Assembly (NCBI RefSeq): GCF_009914755.1
Contig: NC_060925.1
Source of the DNA: the human T2T-CHM13v2.0 reference genome, Homo sapiens
Strand: one strand, 5' to 3'
DNA: 64,000 bases
Under the pieces are notes generated by a model. The model was given only the letters and a program-made list of their open reading frames with translations, had not been told where the DNA came from and did not search any database. The position numbers and the translations under genes are program-made. The stretch's first letter is position 1; each line of letters opens with the position of its first letter. This document shows positions 45,726 through 59,918 of this stretch, piece after piece.

Positions 45726-46657
45726 GGCATGATTTGGGGTACAGAGAAGGAAAACTGAGAGGTCACAGAAGAGAGAGGAGGGTGGAAGCTGGGGGAGAGG
45801 CACTGATGGAACCAGCTTCCACCCTTCCCTGCAGGGCTTGGAAAGACCCATGAGGACACAAGGGAGAATAAAAGGAAGCAGCCCTGATTGCCATGGCTGG
45901 GTCAGGGTCAGGAGGCTAGGACTGCTTTATGTCCCTGCTATAATGGACTTATGGGTTTTTTAAGATTTTTTAAAATAGATTAACTATAGCTCCTAGAGCT
46001 GACTCTACTGATAACTTTACCCTGGACTCCCTCCCTGATTTTGACCTTAGTTTGTGTGGCGGGGGGGGGGATGAGAGGCTGCGGTCCAAATGGAATGCAG
46101 TTTGCCTGTCCTCTATCGGCATCAATGCATCACCTTTCCCCCGATTTTTACCTCATGATATATTTATGCATTTAACGCATGTTTATTGAGTGAGCTGCAT
46201 GCAGCAAAATGCACGTAAAAAGCAATTTTTTTTCTTTTTTCTTTGTCCTTTCAACTCCTCTCTCTGGATTTGCCTTGTCCCTGCACTTGAGATGAAAGCT
46301 AACCAATACCACGGATTTTCTAGCCACTCTGAGCCATTAAATAAAGAGGCTCTTTAAAACAAACAAACAAAAAAAAAAGTAAAAAACAGTCTACTCAACC
46401 TGAAGCTTCTCCCCTCTCAGACTCCTTCACTTCAGGTTTGGAAACTCGGTACCAAGGAGGAAGGCATGGACTTCACCATTTTCTCTCCTCCACCTCTCGT
46501 AGCCAGCTGCTAATTCTCAAGCCTCAAGCTGTGAGAGATTGAGAACTGAGGGAAAGGACACAGTACTTGACGGCTCTTACTGTCATGACGCGGCCTTGGT
46601 GCCCTCTGGGTTTAGCATGTTTTCCAACGCTTTCCTTTCCAGCCTCACTTAGGCACA

Positions 46658-46692
46658 TTGCAGTTAAAGAATATGGCCACCAGGTGGCAGTA
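46658..46692 (+). promoter_or_regulatory. CTCF binding motif with upstream module
   Basis: TGGCCACCAGGTGGCAGTA core at 46674-46692, with TTGCAGT upstream. Confidence 0.7.
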
Positions 46693-47271
46693 AAGGCCTT
46701 TTTTTTTCCTGGCCAGTAGACCCTACCCTCCGGTTTTATATGGCTACATAATTTCTTTAAGATGATGTCAAATATGCTTTCCCTACATTTCAAAAGAAAA
46801 GAAAGTAAACACTTAAAACCACAAACTGGTCAACTTAGCAAAAACTAAATATAATTTAAAGATGATGCCCTAGGGAATAAACGTGTAAAGAAAACCTCCC
46901 AAGTTGTTAATTATGTAATTACATAACTAATTTACTAAGTCTTTCTCTTCCTCAAATTATTACTGTGTAAGTCTAAATCTTATTCCCAGATCTTGATCAT
47001 AATTTACCTTCCCTTAATTTAGAGTCAGAAACTTTTCCCCAAAGGCTCCTGTATGGCCAATTGTCATTTAAAGACCTTTATTAATAACAACTATTATACT
47101 AATAATATCCATTTGTTTTTTACTATGCACCAGTTACAGTTATGTTACAGTCACTACTTATAGTTATGTGTTGACTACACACAGACTACACACTGCGATA
47201 AAACCTAACTGTGGTATTATTTTATCCTCACACCATCCCTACATGTCACCACCACTGCCCCTGCCCGCATT

Positions 47272-47492
47272 TAGGGTTGCCAGAAAAAATATAGGCCGCA
47301 CAGTTAAATTTGAATTTCAGATAAACAACAAATAATGTTTTAGCATATGTCCCACGCACCATTAGGGACATAGTTATTGCATGGGACATAAATATTTTAT
47401 GGGACATATTTACACTAAAAAATAATTATTTATCTGAAATTCAGCTTTAACTGGACATCCTAGATTCTTATTTGATAAATTTGGCAACCTGA
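47272..47492. mobile_element. MER53 palindromic MITE inside a MIR
   Basis: tagggttgccag...tggcaacct TIRs; gaatttcagataaa / tttatctgaaattc inverted arms. Confidence 0.85.
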
Positions 47493-49085
47493 CCCCCATT
47501 TTATGGATAAGGAAACTGAACCTCCAGGAAGGTAAGCAATGTAATGAAGGCTAAGAGCTGGTAAGCAGCACTGTGGAGCTGTGAACCCCAGACCCTCCGA
47601 ACCGGGTTCCCTCCCTACCATACTGCCCCTCCTTGTTGTCTAGGGAATTATTCTCATCTGCCAGCTGCTGGTAAAATAATCTGCCATCCTCAAGTAAAAT
47701 AATCCTTGTCACTGTTCTCAACTAAATAGAAGAAAAGCTTTTCTTCCCAGCCAAGAAAGAGTCACTGAAAGACAAATTCTCATGACTGATTTTCCCGTAT
47801 CTGTCTTCCTTGCCAATTTATCGTTTCTGGAAAAAAAAAAATGAAAATCCCCCTTATTTTTTTCCCCACTGATATTCATATTTTTGTAACTATTTCAAGG
47901 CTACCTCTAGTAAACTGAAATGTAAATACAACAGTCCATCCCAATTTGTTCTTCTGGCTTAATTACCTGAAACATAATACAGTAATTTAGAACTACGCAT
48001 AAAGAAAAAAACAAAACAAAATAAAACTGTAATGTCATTGCACTATGAGGATATCAAAACTTTTTGTTGTTGGTTTTTTCCCAGCCATATCTTCCAGTAT
48101 TTGAGTGATGACAGACCTAGTCAACTTGTATTCCTCTGCAGGATTTACTGTCCTGCACATAATAGGAAAATAAAGCCATGTTACAGTCCCACAGCTATAC
48201 GAGAACACCTCTCCCCCACAATGTCAAGGTTAGTCCCTAGCAGAAAAAAAAGCGGCAACAAAGGAACGTTTAAAGGAGTTTAAACATGCAAAGTGCTTAG
48301 AACAGTGCCAGCCAAATAGTAAGTGCTCAGTAGATGTGAGCTAGTGTTATTATTAACACCTAGAGACATTACCAATGGCCATTACCAATGGGTCTAGAGA
48401 CCCAGAAATGGCTTTGCATTAATAACTAACAAGCCATAAACAATGCAGAATGAGAGAGAAGGAATGGTGGTGCCCAGAGTGAAAAAAAAAAAAAAAAAAA
48501 GGACTGGGAGAGAATGGAGGAAGGCCATTCATTCATTCAACAACCATGTCATGAGTGAGTGCTATGTGCCAGCCTTAAAGGGATGGAGAGCCCAGTGAGA
48601 GAGGCAGGTCTTTGTAGTATGGTGTGATAACTGTGCACTGGAGAGAGCAATACCCAGTACGGCATGGGAGTACAGAAAAGGGGAACCTTGGCCAGTCTAG
48701 GAGGTCAAAATGAGGTCAGGGAAACTTCACAGAGTGAGACCTCAGCTGACTCTTACTGACCCAGTAACTGCTGACCAGGCTGAGGCTGAGAAGATGGCGC
48801 ATTCCAAGCAGTGGAGGCAACAGCAAGCAAAGGTGCAGACTTAAAACAACAAAGTGTGTGCAGAGGAGGGGGAGACAATTCAGTTCCCTTCTCTTTGGAA
48901 AACCAGTCAATTACCAAGCAATGTAAAGTTACTGGAATGACGGAACACCCATATGTGGGCCCCTGCACAAGGAAGTACAAATGCAAGACTTCTTCCATCT
49001 TCAACCAACAGGAGTAAGACGGTGGACACCACCAGATGAGAGAGTTGATGTCGTGGAGAAAGGAGGTTTGTCAGCTTCATGTTAA

Positions 49086-49262
<177 letters not shown>

Positions 49263-49949
49263 TAATTAAGTTATTAATATCACTTGCAAATAAATTCATT
49301 CTCACCAATACATGGGGCTTTCACATTGATCCTCATAAGCACCCTCCCTAAATCTAAAATAATAGATTTTATTACTCCCACCTTACATATGAGAAAATGG
49401 ATTTCCACAGGGATTAAAAGATTTTTCTCAAAATTATATAGCCAATAACAAGAAGAGTAGAAGTTGATCTTCAATGTTGTCCATTATTTTATTCCCCTTC
49501 TTTTCCACCTCTTTAATTAAAACACAGCCTTCAAGACCCTGCTTGAATCCCACTTCCTCTGCAAAGCTCTCCCTCCCTCCCCCACAGCACATGACATAGA
49601 GCCTTTCATATACCAAGTATGCAATAACAGCTTGATGACTGGTGATGATGATCAGGTAGCAACTGTCAGCCTGTGTGGATGCCTTGTGACCACTGGATAA
49701 AGGGGCAACTGCAGTGGTCTGGACTCAGGAAAGAAGTCCCCTAGGAAGGACTAGGCTTTGAGCCAGGTCTTGAAGAAACTGGTAGCTGTGAACTGGTGGA
49801 AGCATATGGGGTAGGAAGGAGAACATCCCACCGGTGATGGAGAAGTAACAATTTGTACAAAGACACGGAAGCAAAGTGAACCAAAACTATGCCTATCTTC
49901 TATGTCTGCCTTTAATATTATCCTTGGCAATTCCTTTATAATTAGAGAG

Positions 49950-50353
49950 TGTCTTCATCTGTTTATGCCACTGTAACAAAATACCTGAGACTGGGTAATT
50001 TGTAAACAATAAAAAATTTATTTCTCACAGTTCTGGAGGCTGGGAAATCCAAGATCAAGGTGCCAGCAGGTTTGGTGGCTGGAAACGGCCTGGTCTCTGC
50101 TTCCAAGGAGGTACCTTACGCACTGTGTCCTGACATGGTGGGAGGGACAGAAGGGCAAAAAGGGGGGTGAATGCTGTATCCTCATGGCAGAAGAACAGAA
50201 AAGAACAAACACTCCCTCAAGCTCTTTTGTAAGGACCCTAATTCCATCCAGGAAGGCTCTGCTCTCAGGACTTAGGCCTGTCGTCTTAATACTATCACAT
50301 TGGTGATTAAGTTTTAACATATGAACTTGGGGGAACACATTCAGACCACACCA
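49950..50353 (-). mobile_element. MaLR LTR (MST-type)
   Basis: aaaatacctgagactgggtaattt...cacagttctggaggctgggaaatccaagatcaagg...cattcagacca. Confidence 0.87.
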
Positions 50354-52070
50354 GAAAGAAATAGGCAATTCTAGACAAAGTATTTCTTCTCTTTACTTGC
50401 TTCTTTAGTCCACACGTATTTTGAGTGCTTCTCATGGGCAAGACTCTATGGGAAGCATAAAGATGAATCAAACACAGCTCTTCCCTCGTGAACAATGTGT
50501 TCACTAAAAGAGGAAGACCTATGCATGACTATCTATAACGAAAGGCACAAACTGGAAACAGCCATAAACAAGCTATGAGCTGCTACTAGTGCTTATCACT
50601 TCAAAGTAGGGATCTTTGTGGGCCGGTGGGCCCAATGTGATTCTATGAGTTCTTATGAAAGGGGTGCATTAAAGCCAGAGAGAAACTGTCTGTTCCCTTC
50701 CTGGAAGCAATGCTGTTGATGCTGGATTTTCAAGGGTACAATTTTCACGGCTTAAGATAGGTTCTGGGCCATTCTAGGCAGAGGGAACCACATGAGAAAA
50801 GATATAAAGGTGGAAAAGTTCCAGGTCCCACAAAAAAGAGTGAGGAATTTGGTTTTACTGCAACATTAAGATAAAAAGAAAAGAATGGAAAATGAAGTTG
50901 CAAATGTGGATGAAACCAGGTCATACAGTGGAAAGAATATGAAACTTTGAATTCCTAAAACAGAATTCCAATTCTGCCACTTACTGTCTACATGACCTCA
51001 GGCAAATTACTTAAATCCTCTGAGCCTCAGTTGCTTCATCTGAAGAATGCGACCAGACAGGTGGATTTTCAGGCATGCAATAAGGTGGCACACCTTCAAT
51101 CAGAGATTCTTTAAATATTTCTTATTCTTTAAATATTCAAGTTTTTCAAAGGAGAGGTTGAGCATTGAGTCATGCAATGACTCCTAGCCTTTCCTCCACT
51201 GTCCCAGGAATTGTCAATATTCCACCCAGCCACATATGACCCTGCAGCTAATCTGAGTCCTTTCCTTTCTTTTAATTGGGTACAAAAGTTCCCTGTGGAT
51301 TTGATTTTCGATGATGTCTTGGTATTTTTTTATAGGTTGTGAATTTGAACTTCTGCCTTCTGGCTTACACTTGGCTCAGTGCAGCTCAGGGAGTGGTTTG
51401 AAGGTTAAGGGTATTACTGACTTAGAGTGCTCCATAAGAATAGCTGTTTCTGTGTGACCATTGACAGAAAAGGAAAAACAAGCTATGGAGACTGGCTAGG
51501 GGGTCATTTAGAAAGACTATTTCATAATCCACAAATAGCAACTTGAGGCCTGAAATAAGAGAATAGCACTGGGAATAGGGAAGAAAGGATAGATTGAAAA
51601 GCTCCTGTGGAAATGGAATCCCCAGGATTTAGCAAATAATTGCATGTTAGATGAGGTAAATAATGAGGTTGAAATCTGGCTCTAGGAAGATGGCAAAGCC
51701 ATTAACATAACTAGTGATATGGGGAAGAAGAGCAGATTTAGAAGCAAAGTCAATGAATCTGTTTGGGACACAGCTGGAGGAGCCAGCAATCATAAAAACA
51801 GACAGAAAAGGACATCAGGCAGTTAAAAATGCAGCCCTGTTCAAGAAAGAAACATGATAGAGTAAATGGTTAATGCACACACAGCCTTTGTGTGTTCCAG
51901 GTGGTTCTATGAACTAGAGCGAGGAGGCTGAGCCTGGACACTGTGACCAAACCATGGACTGTTCCCACATTCTACAACCTGCATTCATTCCTTGTAAATC
52001 TCTTGATGAATTTTTCACACATTCTGGCCTCAGTTATGTGGATATGGTCCCCAAAAGATGTGAAAGTCCT

Positions 52071-52608
52071 TACTGGGACAAAAGAACTCTTTCTCTCCCC
52101 TGTTGAGGTTTGAGTCTTCAAAATGAACTGATAATAGACTGATTAACTGGAGAAAAGGCATATAGACTTATCAAGTGCATGGAGCATCACAGGAAAGTGA
52201 GTACCCAATAATCCAACATGCTGTATCAATAGAAGTTTATATACTCAGATAATAACCTGAAACAAAGTTCGTCTGGGCTCTGGGTGTGGCGTCAACTCTA
52301 ACGTTCCTTCCTGCGAGTCAGTCTTCCCTGTTTGATGAGATTATAGGGAGTGGGGCTCAAGTCAGTTGCTTCCTTCTGGAGGAGCTTCCCTTAGTCAGAT
52401 ATGGAAACTTCAGAAAAAGTGCTTCCCTTTGTCAGATATGGGAACTTCAGAAAAATTTTCTCCCTGTGCTTCAGGAGAGGCAGATAGGCAAGAGACAGCG
52501 GACAGGAGGTGGTCAGAGATACCTTGTTTCCATGGCTGCTTCTTTAGTTCAAAATACTCAGCATGTCAAAATGCCATACTTAGGAGTGTTGTTTTCTGAG
52601 CTTTAACA
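52071..52608 (-). mobile_element. ERV1 solo LTR (MER39/MER34-like) inside an MLT1
   Basis: Reverse strand starts tgttaaagctcagaaaacaacactcctaagtatggcattttgacatgctgagtattttgaactaaag. Confidence 0.6.
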
Positions 52609-53299
52609 TTCTAATCCCCAGAACCTGTAAATGTGCTGCTTTACATGGTCAAAGGGACTTTGCAACTATGATTAAATAAAGGACTTTTAAATACAGAGGT
52701 TATTCTGGACTATTCAGTGGGCCCAATGTAATCCCATGGGTTCATTTTTTAAATTTTTATTTTACTTTGAGACAGGGTCTTGCTCTGTCACCCAGGCTAG
52801 AGTGCAGTGACACAACACAGCTCACGGCAGCCTCAACCTCCCGGGCTCAAGCAATTCTCCCACCTCGGCCCCGAGTAGCTGGGACTACAGGTACGCACCA
52901 CCACACCCAGCAGATTTTTTCATTTTTTTGTAGAGACAAGGTCTCGCTATGTTGCCAGGGCTGCTGTCAAACTCTTGGGCTCAAATGATCCTCCTGCATC
53001 AGCCTCCCAAAGTGTTAGGATTACAGGCGTGAGCCACTGCGCACAGCTCCCATGGGTTCTTATAAGGGGGATGCAAGACAGTCAGAGAGAGAGAGAGACT
53101 GGAAGATGCTATACTGTAGGCTCTGAAGACAAAGAAAAACGCCATGCAGGAGGAACACAGCCCTCCTGATGCCTTGATTTTAGCCCTGTGAAACCCAATC
53201 TGGACTCGTCACCTTCAGAACTGTATGATAATAAATTTGTATTGTTTAAGCCACTACATTTGTAGTAATTTGTCACAGCACCAACAAAAAATCAATACA
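52609..53299 (+). mobile_element. MLT1 (D-like) LTR split by an Alu; 5' stub at ~52036-52070
   Basis: ctaatccccagaacctgt...aaagggactttgca...ccttgattttagccc...ataaatttgtattgtttaagccact. Confidence 0.8.
52745..53048 (-). mobile_element. AluJ
   Basis: Antisense Alu, TSD cccatgggttc. Confidence 0.92.
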
Positions 53300-53405
53300 A
53301 TAATCATAGTGAATGGCCTAGGTCTCATGGTCAATGGATTAGCACTTGAAACGTTAAAGGCTGTGGACAGATAACCTTTCAGAATAACTAATGGTTAGTC
53401 TACAG

Positions 53406-53642
53406 CTGTGGTTCTCAACCAGGGATGATTTTTCCCTACCCTCCCAAAGGATATTTGGCAATGTCTGGAGATACTTTTGATTGTCACAACTGGGGAGTGG
53501 CTGCTACTGGTATCTAGTGGGTAGAGACCAGGATGCTGCTAAACATTCCACAATGCACGGGAGAGCCCGCCCCCCCACTGACCCCACAACAAAGAATTAG
53601 CTGGTACAAAACTTCAATAGTGATGAAGTCAAGAAACCCTCT
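53406..53642 (+). mobile_element. MER20 hAT MITE
   Basis: gtggttctcaacc...tttggcaatgtctggagat...ggatgctgctaaacat...aagaaaccct. Confidence 0.85.
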
Positions 53643-53790
53643 CTTACAGATTGCAACTAAGTTCAGAAACTACACTGACAGTGTAAAGAATGTCATCGGG
53701 AAAAAAGAGAGACATGAGATTTTTCTACCATGTATGAAGTCGTTTTGACAGAAAAATGAAACCTGACTCTGATAAGTCTCTAGAGTCAAC

Positions 53791-54478
53791 TATAATCATG
53801 CATCCCTTAACGACAGCAATACATTCTGAGAAATGTGTTATTAGGTGATTTCATTGTGTAAATATCACAGAGTGTACTTACACAACCTGGATGGTATAAT
53901 CTACTACACACTTAGGCTATATGGTACAGCCTATTGCTCCCAGACTACAAACCTGTACAGCATGTTACTGTACTGAAAACTGTAGGCGACTGTAACACAA
54001 TAGTGTGTATTGCAACATATCTAAACATAGAAAAGGTAATGTGTTGTGCTACCATGTTACAATGGCTACATAACTAAGCAATGGGAATCTTTCAACTCCA
54101 TTATAATCTTTTTTTTTTTTTTTTTGAGATAGAATCTTGCTTTGTTGCCCAAGCTGAAGTGGTGCGATCTTGGCTCACTGCAACCTTCACCTCCCAGGTT
54201 CAAGCGATTCCTGCCTCAGCCTCCCAAGCAGCTGGGATTACAGGCACCCGCCACCACACCCGGCTACTTTTTTTATTTTAGTAAAGACAATGTTTTGCCA
54301 TGTTAGCCAGGCTGGTCTCCAACTCCTGGCCTCAAGTGATCCACCCGCCTCAGCCTCCCAAAGTGCTGGGATTACAGGCGTGAGCCACCACGCCCGACCT
54401 CTATTATAATCTTATGGGACTACCATCCATAATGGTTCATCGTTGACAGAATATTTTGTTATGAGGGGCATGACTGTA
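53791..54478. mobile_element. Tigger3a-like Tc1/mariner MITE split by an Alu
   Basis: cattctgagaaatg...ctacaaacctgtacagcatgttactgtactgaa...gcatgactgta. Confidence 0.82.
54108..54400 (-). mobile_element. Alu (S-type)
   Basis: Antisense Alu, TSD attataatct. Confidence 0.93.
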
Positions 54479-54843
54479 CTAATTTACAAGAAACAGAAAA
54501 TGGAGGATACTGTTACAGAGGACCACAGGCATCCAATCCATAAAAATCTACAGGACAAAGTACTCAGTTTTTCAACTGATTGCCAGGATAACAAAACAGA
54601 GAGGGACATGGAAGGGGAATCTATGGAATAAAAGATTTAAGAGAAAAAGGAACCAACTATAATATGTGCAGCTGATTTTTATCTTAATTCAAACAAGCTG
54701 TAAAAATTGTGCATATGCATTTATGAGATAATTATAAATTTAAATACTGACTAGTTTATGATATTAATGAATTATTGCTAATGTTAGTTGAATTTATTGT
54801 TTTGTGGTTACTTTTTAAAAAGGAATTATTATCTATAGAACTA

Positions 54844-55307
<464 letters not shown>

Positions 55308-55815
55308 CTATTATCTCTACTTGTATGTATCTTTGAAATTTTTTTCATGTTAAAACATTTCTTTAAAAAAAAAGAGTATTATGAAAGTATCTGGTTTCTA
55401 CGAAAAATGATTATTTTTCCAAAAGAGAGAAAAGACTGGCCCCCCTCTTTCTTGTATTTCCTCACCTCTCCAAATAATCTGCTCACATTTGTCACACTTA
55501 GACATGTGCTCCCGACCCAAACAGAAAAGAAAAAGTAACCAGAATTCTTGTAGCATCTGTTAGGTGCTAAATAAGTAGAAAGAGTTCTAGTTTAAAATGT
55601 GTGACATTCACTTGTGAAGACAGAGAAGCTGAGAGGGGACCCCGTCCTTTGTTAGATGCTGCTCTGCTCATTCTCCATGGCTCTTGGAAACAAGAGCCCA
55701 AAGAGAAACTGGTCCTCAAGAGACAGATCCAAGACTGAGCACAGGCTACGCCACAACCTCCACCAGCTGTGGGAAAAGACCATGTGGGGTGTGAATGGCA
55801 GCACCCAGCACTGTG

Positions 55816-55835
55816 CCTGCCGCGTGGTGGCGCTT
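55816..55835 (+). promoter_or_regulatory. CTCF-like motif
   Basis: CCGCGTGGTGGCGCT with retained CpGs. Confidence 0.5.
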
Positions 55836-57516
55836 TATAAATGTTTGAGAAGGGAGAGAGGAAGTTGATTTAGTGGGTTTAGTTTTTAATTGGGTCTGAA
55901 TAAAAGGTGAGCTTTTGCAATATCCTCTAATCCCCCTCATATATCCTTGTTGCAGAAGGAAAAGTTGAGTGAGAATGTAATTGCCAAGACCCCTTAAAGT
56001 GACATTGGTCATAGCAAATGTAGCAGCTTCCTGCCTTACTAAGAACTTTTAGGACGTGCTGGGCTGACGCTGTCAGCTGCTGCTTTGTAAAAATAAGCCC
56101 TATAATTAGATTGCTACTCCTTATGAAGCCCACTCAAGTGCTATCCTTTATTTTTAACCTTTATCACAGTCCTCAAGACAGAGTGTGTAGGGCCTCGCCC
56201 ACAGCTGCTGAGTCAAACCCCAGCAGGCTCCACCCTTCCTGCTCCCAGCTGCATTCCGCTAAAAAAAGGCCTGCCAGCAGCCTACGCAATGGAACGCGGG
56301 GTCTAAGCACACAGACGGTTGCAGGGAATCTAATATCCAGGCAGCACTGAGAAAGAACAGCTGCGCCAAATTTGAATCTTCTTTATTTACTCAGCCAGGC
56401 AGCTAACACACACAAATAACATTGTTTCATCTTGAATGCACAGAATTCACAACTGCCTTCTTAGCTCACTCCTGTTGCTCAACAATCCTTTTTTACACTT
56501 GCATGTTTAATGTAAATAACTTTCACAGAGTCTTCCACTTTCTCTGTATCGATATTACGAACCTGTTGGCATAGTTAGTTGAGACAATAAACATTTAATA
56601 ATCTTGTGGGTCAGGAGTGGGAATGCCAGAGGAATGCTTATAGCAAAGTCAAGGGAAAGTATTATAGGGCAAAGGGATGTAATGGGGATTTCATTATATT
56701 TTGTTGCTTTCTTTTTTGTTGCTTATAACTTGGTATTCACATTCTCTAACAGATTCTTTGAAAAAGTGTGTGCATAGCAAATAGGGCTCCATTTAAATGG
56801 ACACATTAGGGTGAAGGGTCTATAGAGTTGTTCACTGCAGGAATTAATGTCATACTCTGTCTGCACAAATAATTGTATTAGGTGACAGGCAATACCAACG
56901 TTTATATAATTTGTGCTATATATAGCAGATGTAACTCAGAGGCTGTGTACTTAATCCTATAAAAATCTCAACATAAGACACTCTTCCTCCAGTGCCCACA
57001 GATCCCACAAACCCTTTGCATTCTAATTAAAGCTCTGCTGGGGTTAAGGCTAATTGGTAATAAAACCCAGGCCTGTGAGAAAGCCTTTCTGTAAAACAAA
57101 GAATCCATTTGTCATGCAAATAAGCAGCCTCCAAAGTGGTAAATTTGAATTTTGAATGTTCACCTGTTATCTTAACATTTCTTAGAATGTGGTTCAGCCA
57201 GTAATTGCTAGATCATTATTTTCCAGTTTTCCTCATTGCCATCCTTCAAAGAGCTAAAGGGCATGTTATTTGTATTGTTAAATTAATATTTTGTTGTTGT
57301 AGACCTAAAGTAAATGAATCACTGTAGTTGTCTTTGGTTTTCTTTGGAGAATGTGTTTGCATTCTAAATATTTTCCAATACAATAATTTCTTTGAGAAAA
57401 TTTGTCGGTTTCCTTAAATAATAATCTTCAGGTTAGGCTTGAAATTCAAAAGTATGGTGGTTCCTTCCTGATGAAGGTCCTTAAAGGTCTTTACACTCCA
57501 TTCTTGAGGAAGTTTC

Positions 57517-57535
57517 TGGGCACTAGAGGGCGCTC
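57517..57535 (+). promoter_or_regulatory. CTCF-like motif
   Basis: GGCACTAGAGGGCGCT (one core C replaced by G). Confidence 0.45.
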
Positions 57536-58435
57536 TCAGCACACTGGGACGGGATTTGTTAGTTGCACAGAATTAAGAGCCATGCGCTGATTGTTGGGCC
57601 TTGGGCCCTGCTGGGGGCCCAAAATCAGCCTGCAGAAAGAAGCCACCTCCGTGAGCCTGCATTGGCTCTCAACTGCAAAGTGCCAATTCATCTGCCTTCA
57701 GTGAACCAACTGACCAAACCAACTGCTGAGCTTTCTCCCCCAGGGGAAAGGCTGGCTGCTACAAAGATTCTTTTTTACTCATTTCTGAATAAAATATTTC
57801 ATGGTCAACAATTGTTTTCACATGCACTACCTTGCCTGCTGTCCTTCACTGACAACATTTCAGGGTCTCGCAAGGCATGGAATACAATGCATGTTCAGGA
57901 CTGCAACCTGATGGTGATGTGTAATGAAGTTTAGTGTTGGATTTCGATCTTGGCCAAATGGTGACTCCTTGGTGACAGGTCATGTGCTTACTTCCTCAGC
58001 AGATGAGTTCTCCTCCAGCCTCACTTGTGACCAATGATGTATCATGAACACAGGCTGGTGCTGAAGCTCAGTATGTAGCCCCCTTGGCTAGAATACACAC
58101 TTGATAATAGTAGCAAAGTGAAATCAGCAGAGTGTAGCAATGCCCTGAGAGGACCTAAAAGAACTGGGTGAAGGAGGCCTTAAGGATTGACAACTAATAC
58201 CTAATGGCTAAGACCTAAGAGGGTAGAAGAAGAAGAGGTCCTCCACAATTAGCATTTGGCACGTAATAATGTGAAGCAAGACACATCACTTCCTAGTAAT
58301 ATGCTATAAACAGGTGATAAAGGGCGAGGGGTTGCTCCCCAGTGAGGAATCCAGTCCAAACCCAGAGACCAGCTCACAGCCATCCGAGTCCAAAACAACT
58401 AGATCTTTGTTAGACAATTGCCATCCAAACCAGAG

Positions 58436-58820
58436 TGTTATGAAATGAATTGTGTACCTCCACCCTTCAAATTCATATGTTGAAGTCCTAATCCCCAATG
58501 TATTTGTATTTAGAAACAGAGCCTTTATGGAAATAATTAAAGATAAATGAGTTCATAAGGGTAGGGCCCTAATCCAGTAGGACTGGTGACCTTATAGAAA
58601 GAGAACGAGACACCAAAGATCTCTCTCCACAAACGCACACAGATGAAAGGCCTTGTCTATGTGAGCACACAGTGAGAAGGTTGCCTTACTAGAAACCAAC
58701 CCTGCTGGCACCCTGATCTTGGACTTCTAGACTCTAGAACTGTAAGAAAATAATGTCTGTTGTTTAAGCCACCCAGTCTGTGTACATTCTTTTATGGCAA
58801 CCCAAGCAGACTAATAAACA
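58436..58820 (+). mobile_element. MaLR LTR (MLT1A/B-like)
   Basis: aaattcatatgttgaagtcctaatcccc...ctgatcttggacttctag...aagccacccagtctg. Confidence 0.87.
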
Positions 58821-59485
58821 AGAGGTTATGGCAACACTGACAAAATTCTTGAGGGATCTTTGAGGAATACAGAACTCTCCTGAAAAAAAAAAAATGAAGG
58901 AGCATTAAAAACCAGTTTTAGGTGTTTTACCTATAATCTACCTTGTTCATGTAAAAACGACACCAATTTCTTAGGTAAATTTTGTGCAAATATCCCATTT
59001 CATCAAATCTAAGAAACCAATGCTTATAAGGCATTACTGTATTTGCTATTAAGAGAAGAAAAGTGACAATTGTTATGCTCCATGTATTGTAAGACAGTTT
59101 TTATTTCAAAGACGGTAAAATGTGAAAATATGTATGTATGTACATATACACATATACGTAACATATACATATACATCTTAGCATTGATTGGTAAGATTAA
59201 CTCAATGTTTATTGACCCATTTGCCAGGAACTTTTTGCCTATACTAGACACTGGGAAAATAAAAATAAGCAAACAAGATGTCAAGTCTCAGGAGTACTAA
59301 TTCACTAACCCTTTGAAGGCACAGAAATATAAATGTATTGTGGCAGTCCCCAAGACTCCTCGTATTACGCTGCCCTTTTAGGCCATCTAAAGTAGTCACA
59401 ATAAGGAGTGTTGTCTCAAGTGCCCCAAACACAGTGTGCTCTTAATCTGAAATTTACTCATATACAGACTTGCAGTATAGTCTTA

Positions 59486-59872
<387 letters not shown>

Positions 59873-59918
59873 GAAACTGACTGACTCAACTTTCGATCCA
59901 CCACAAAGACTTCCAAGT

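Noticed and set aside
51334-51402. Possible exon (ttttttatag...gaag/gttaag)
   Set aside because: Weak donor, no supporting reading frame or partner exons; indistinguishable from chance
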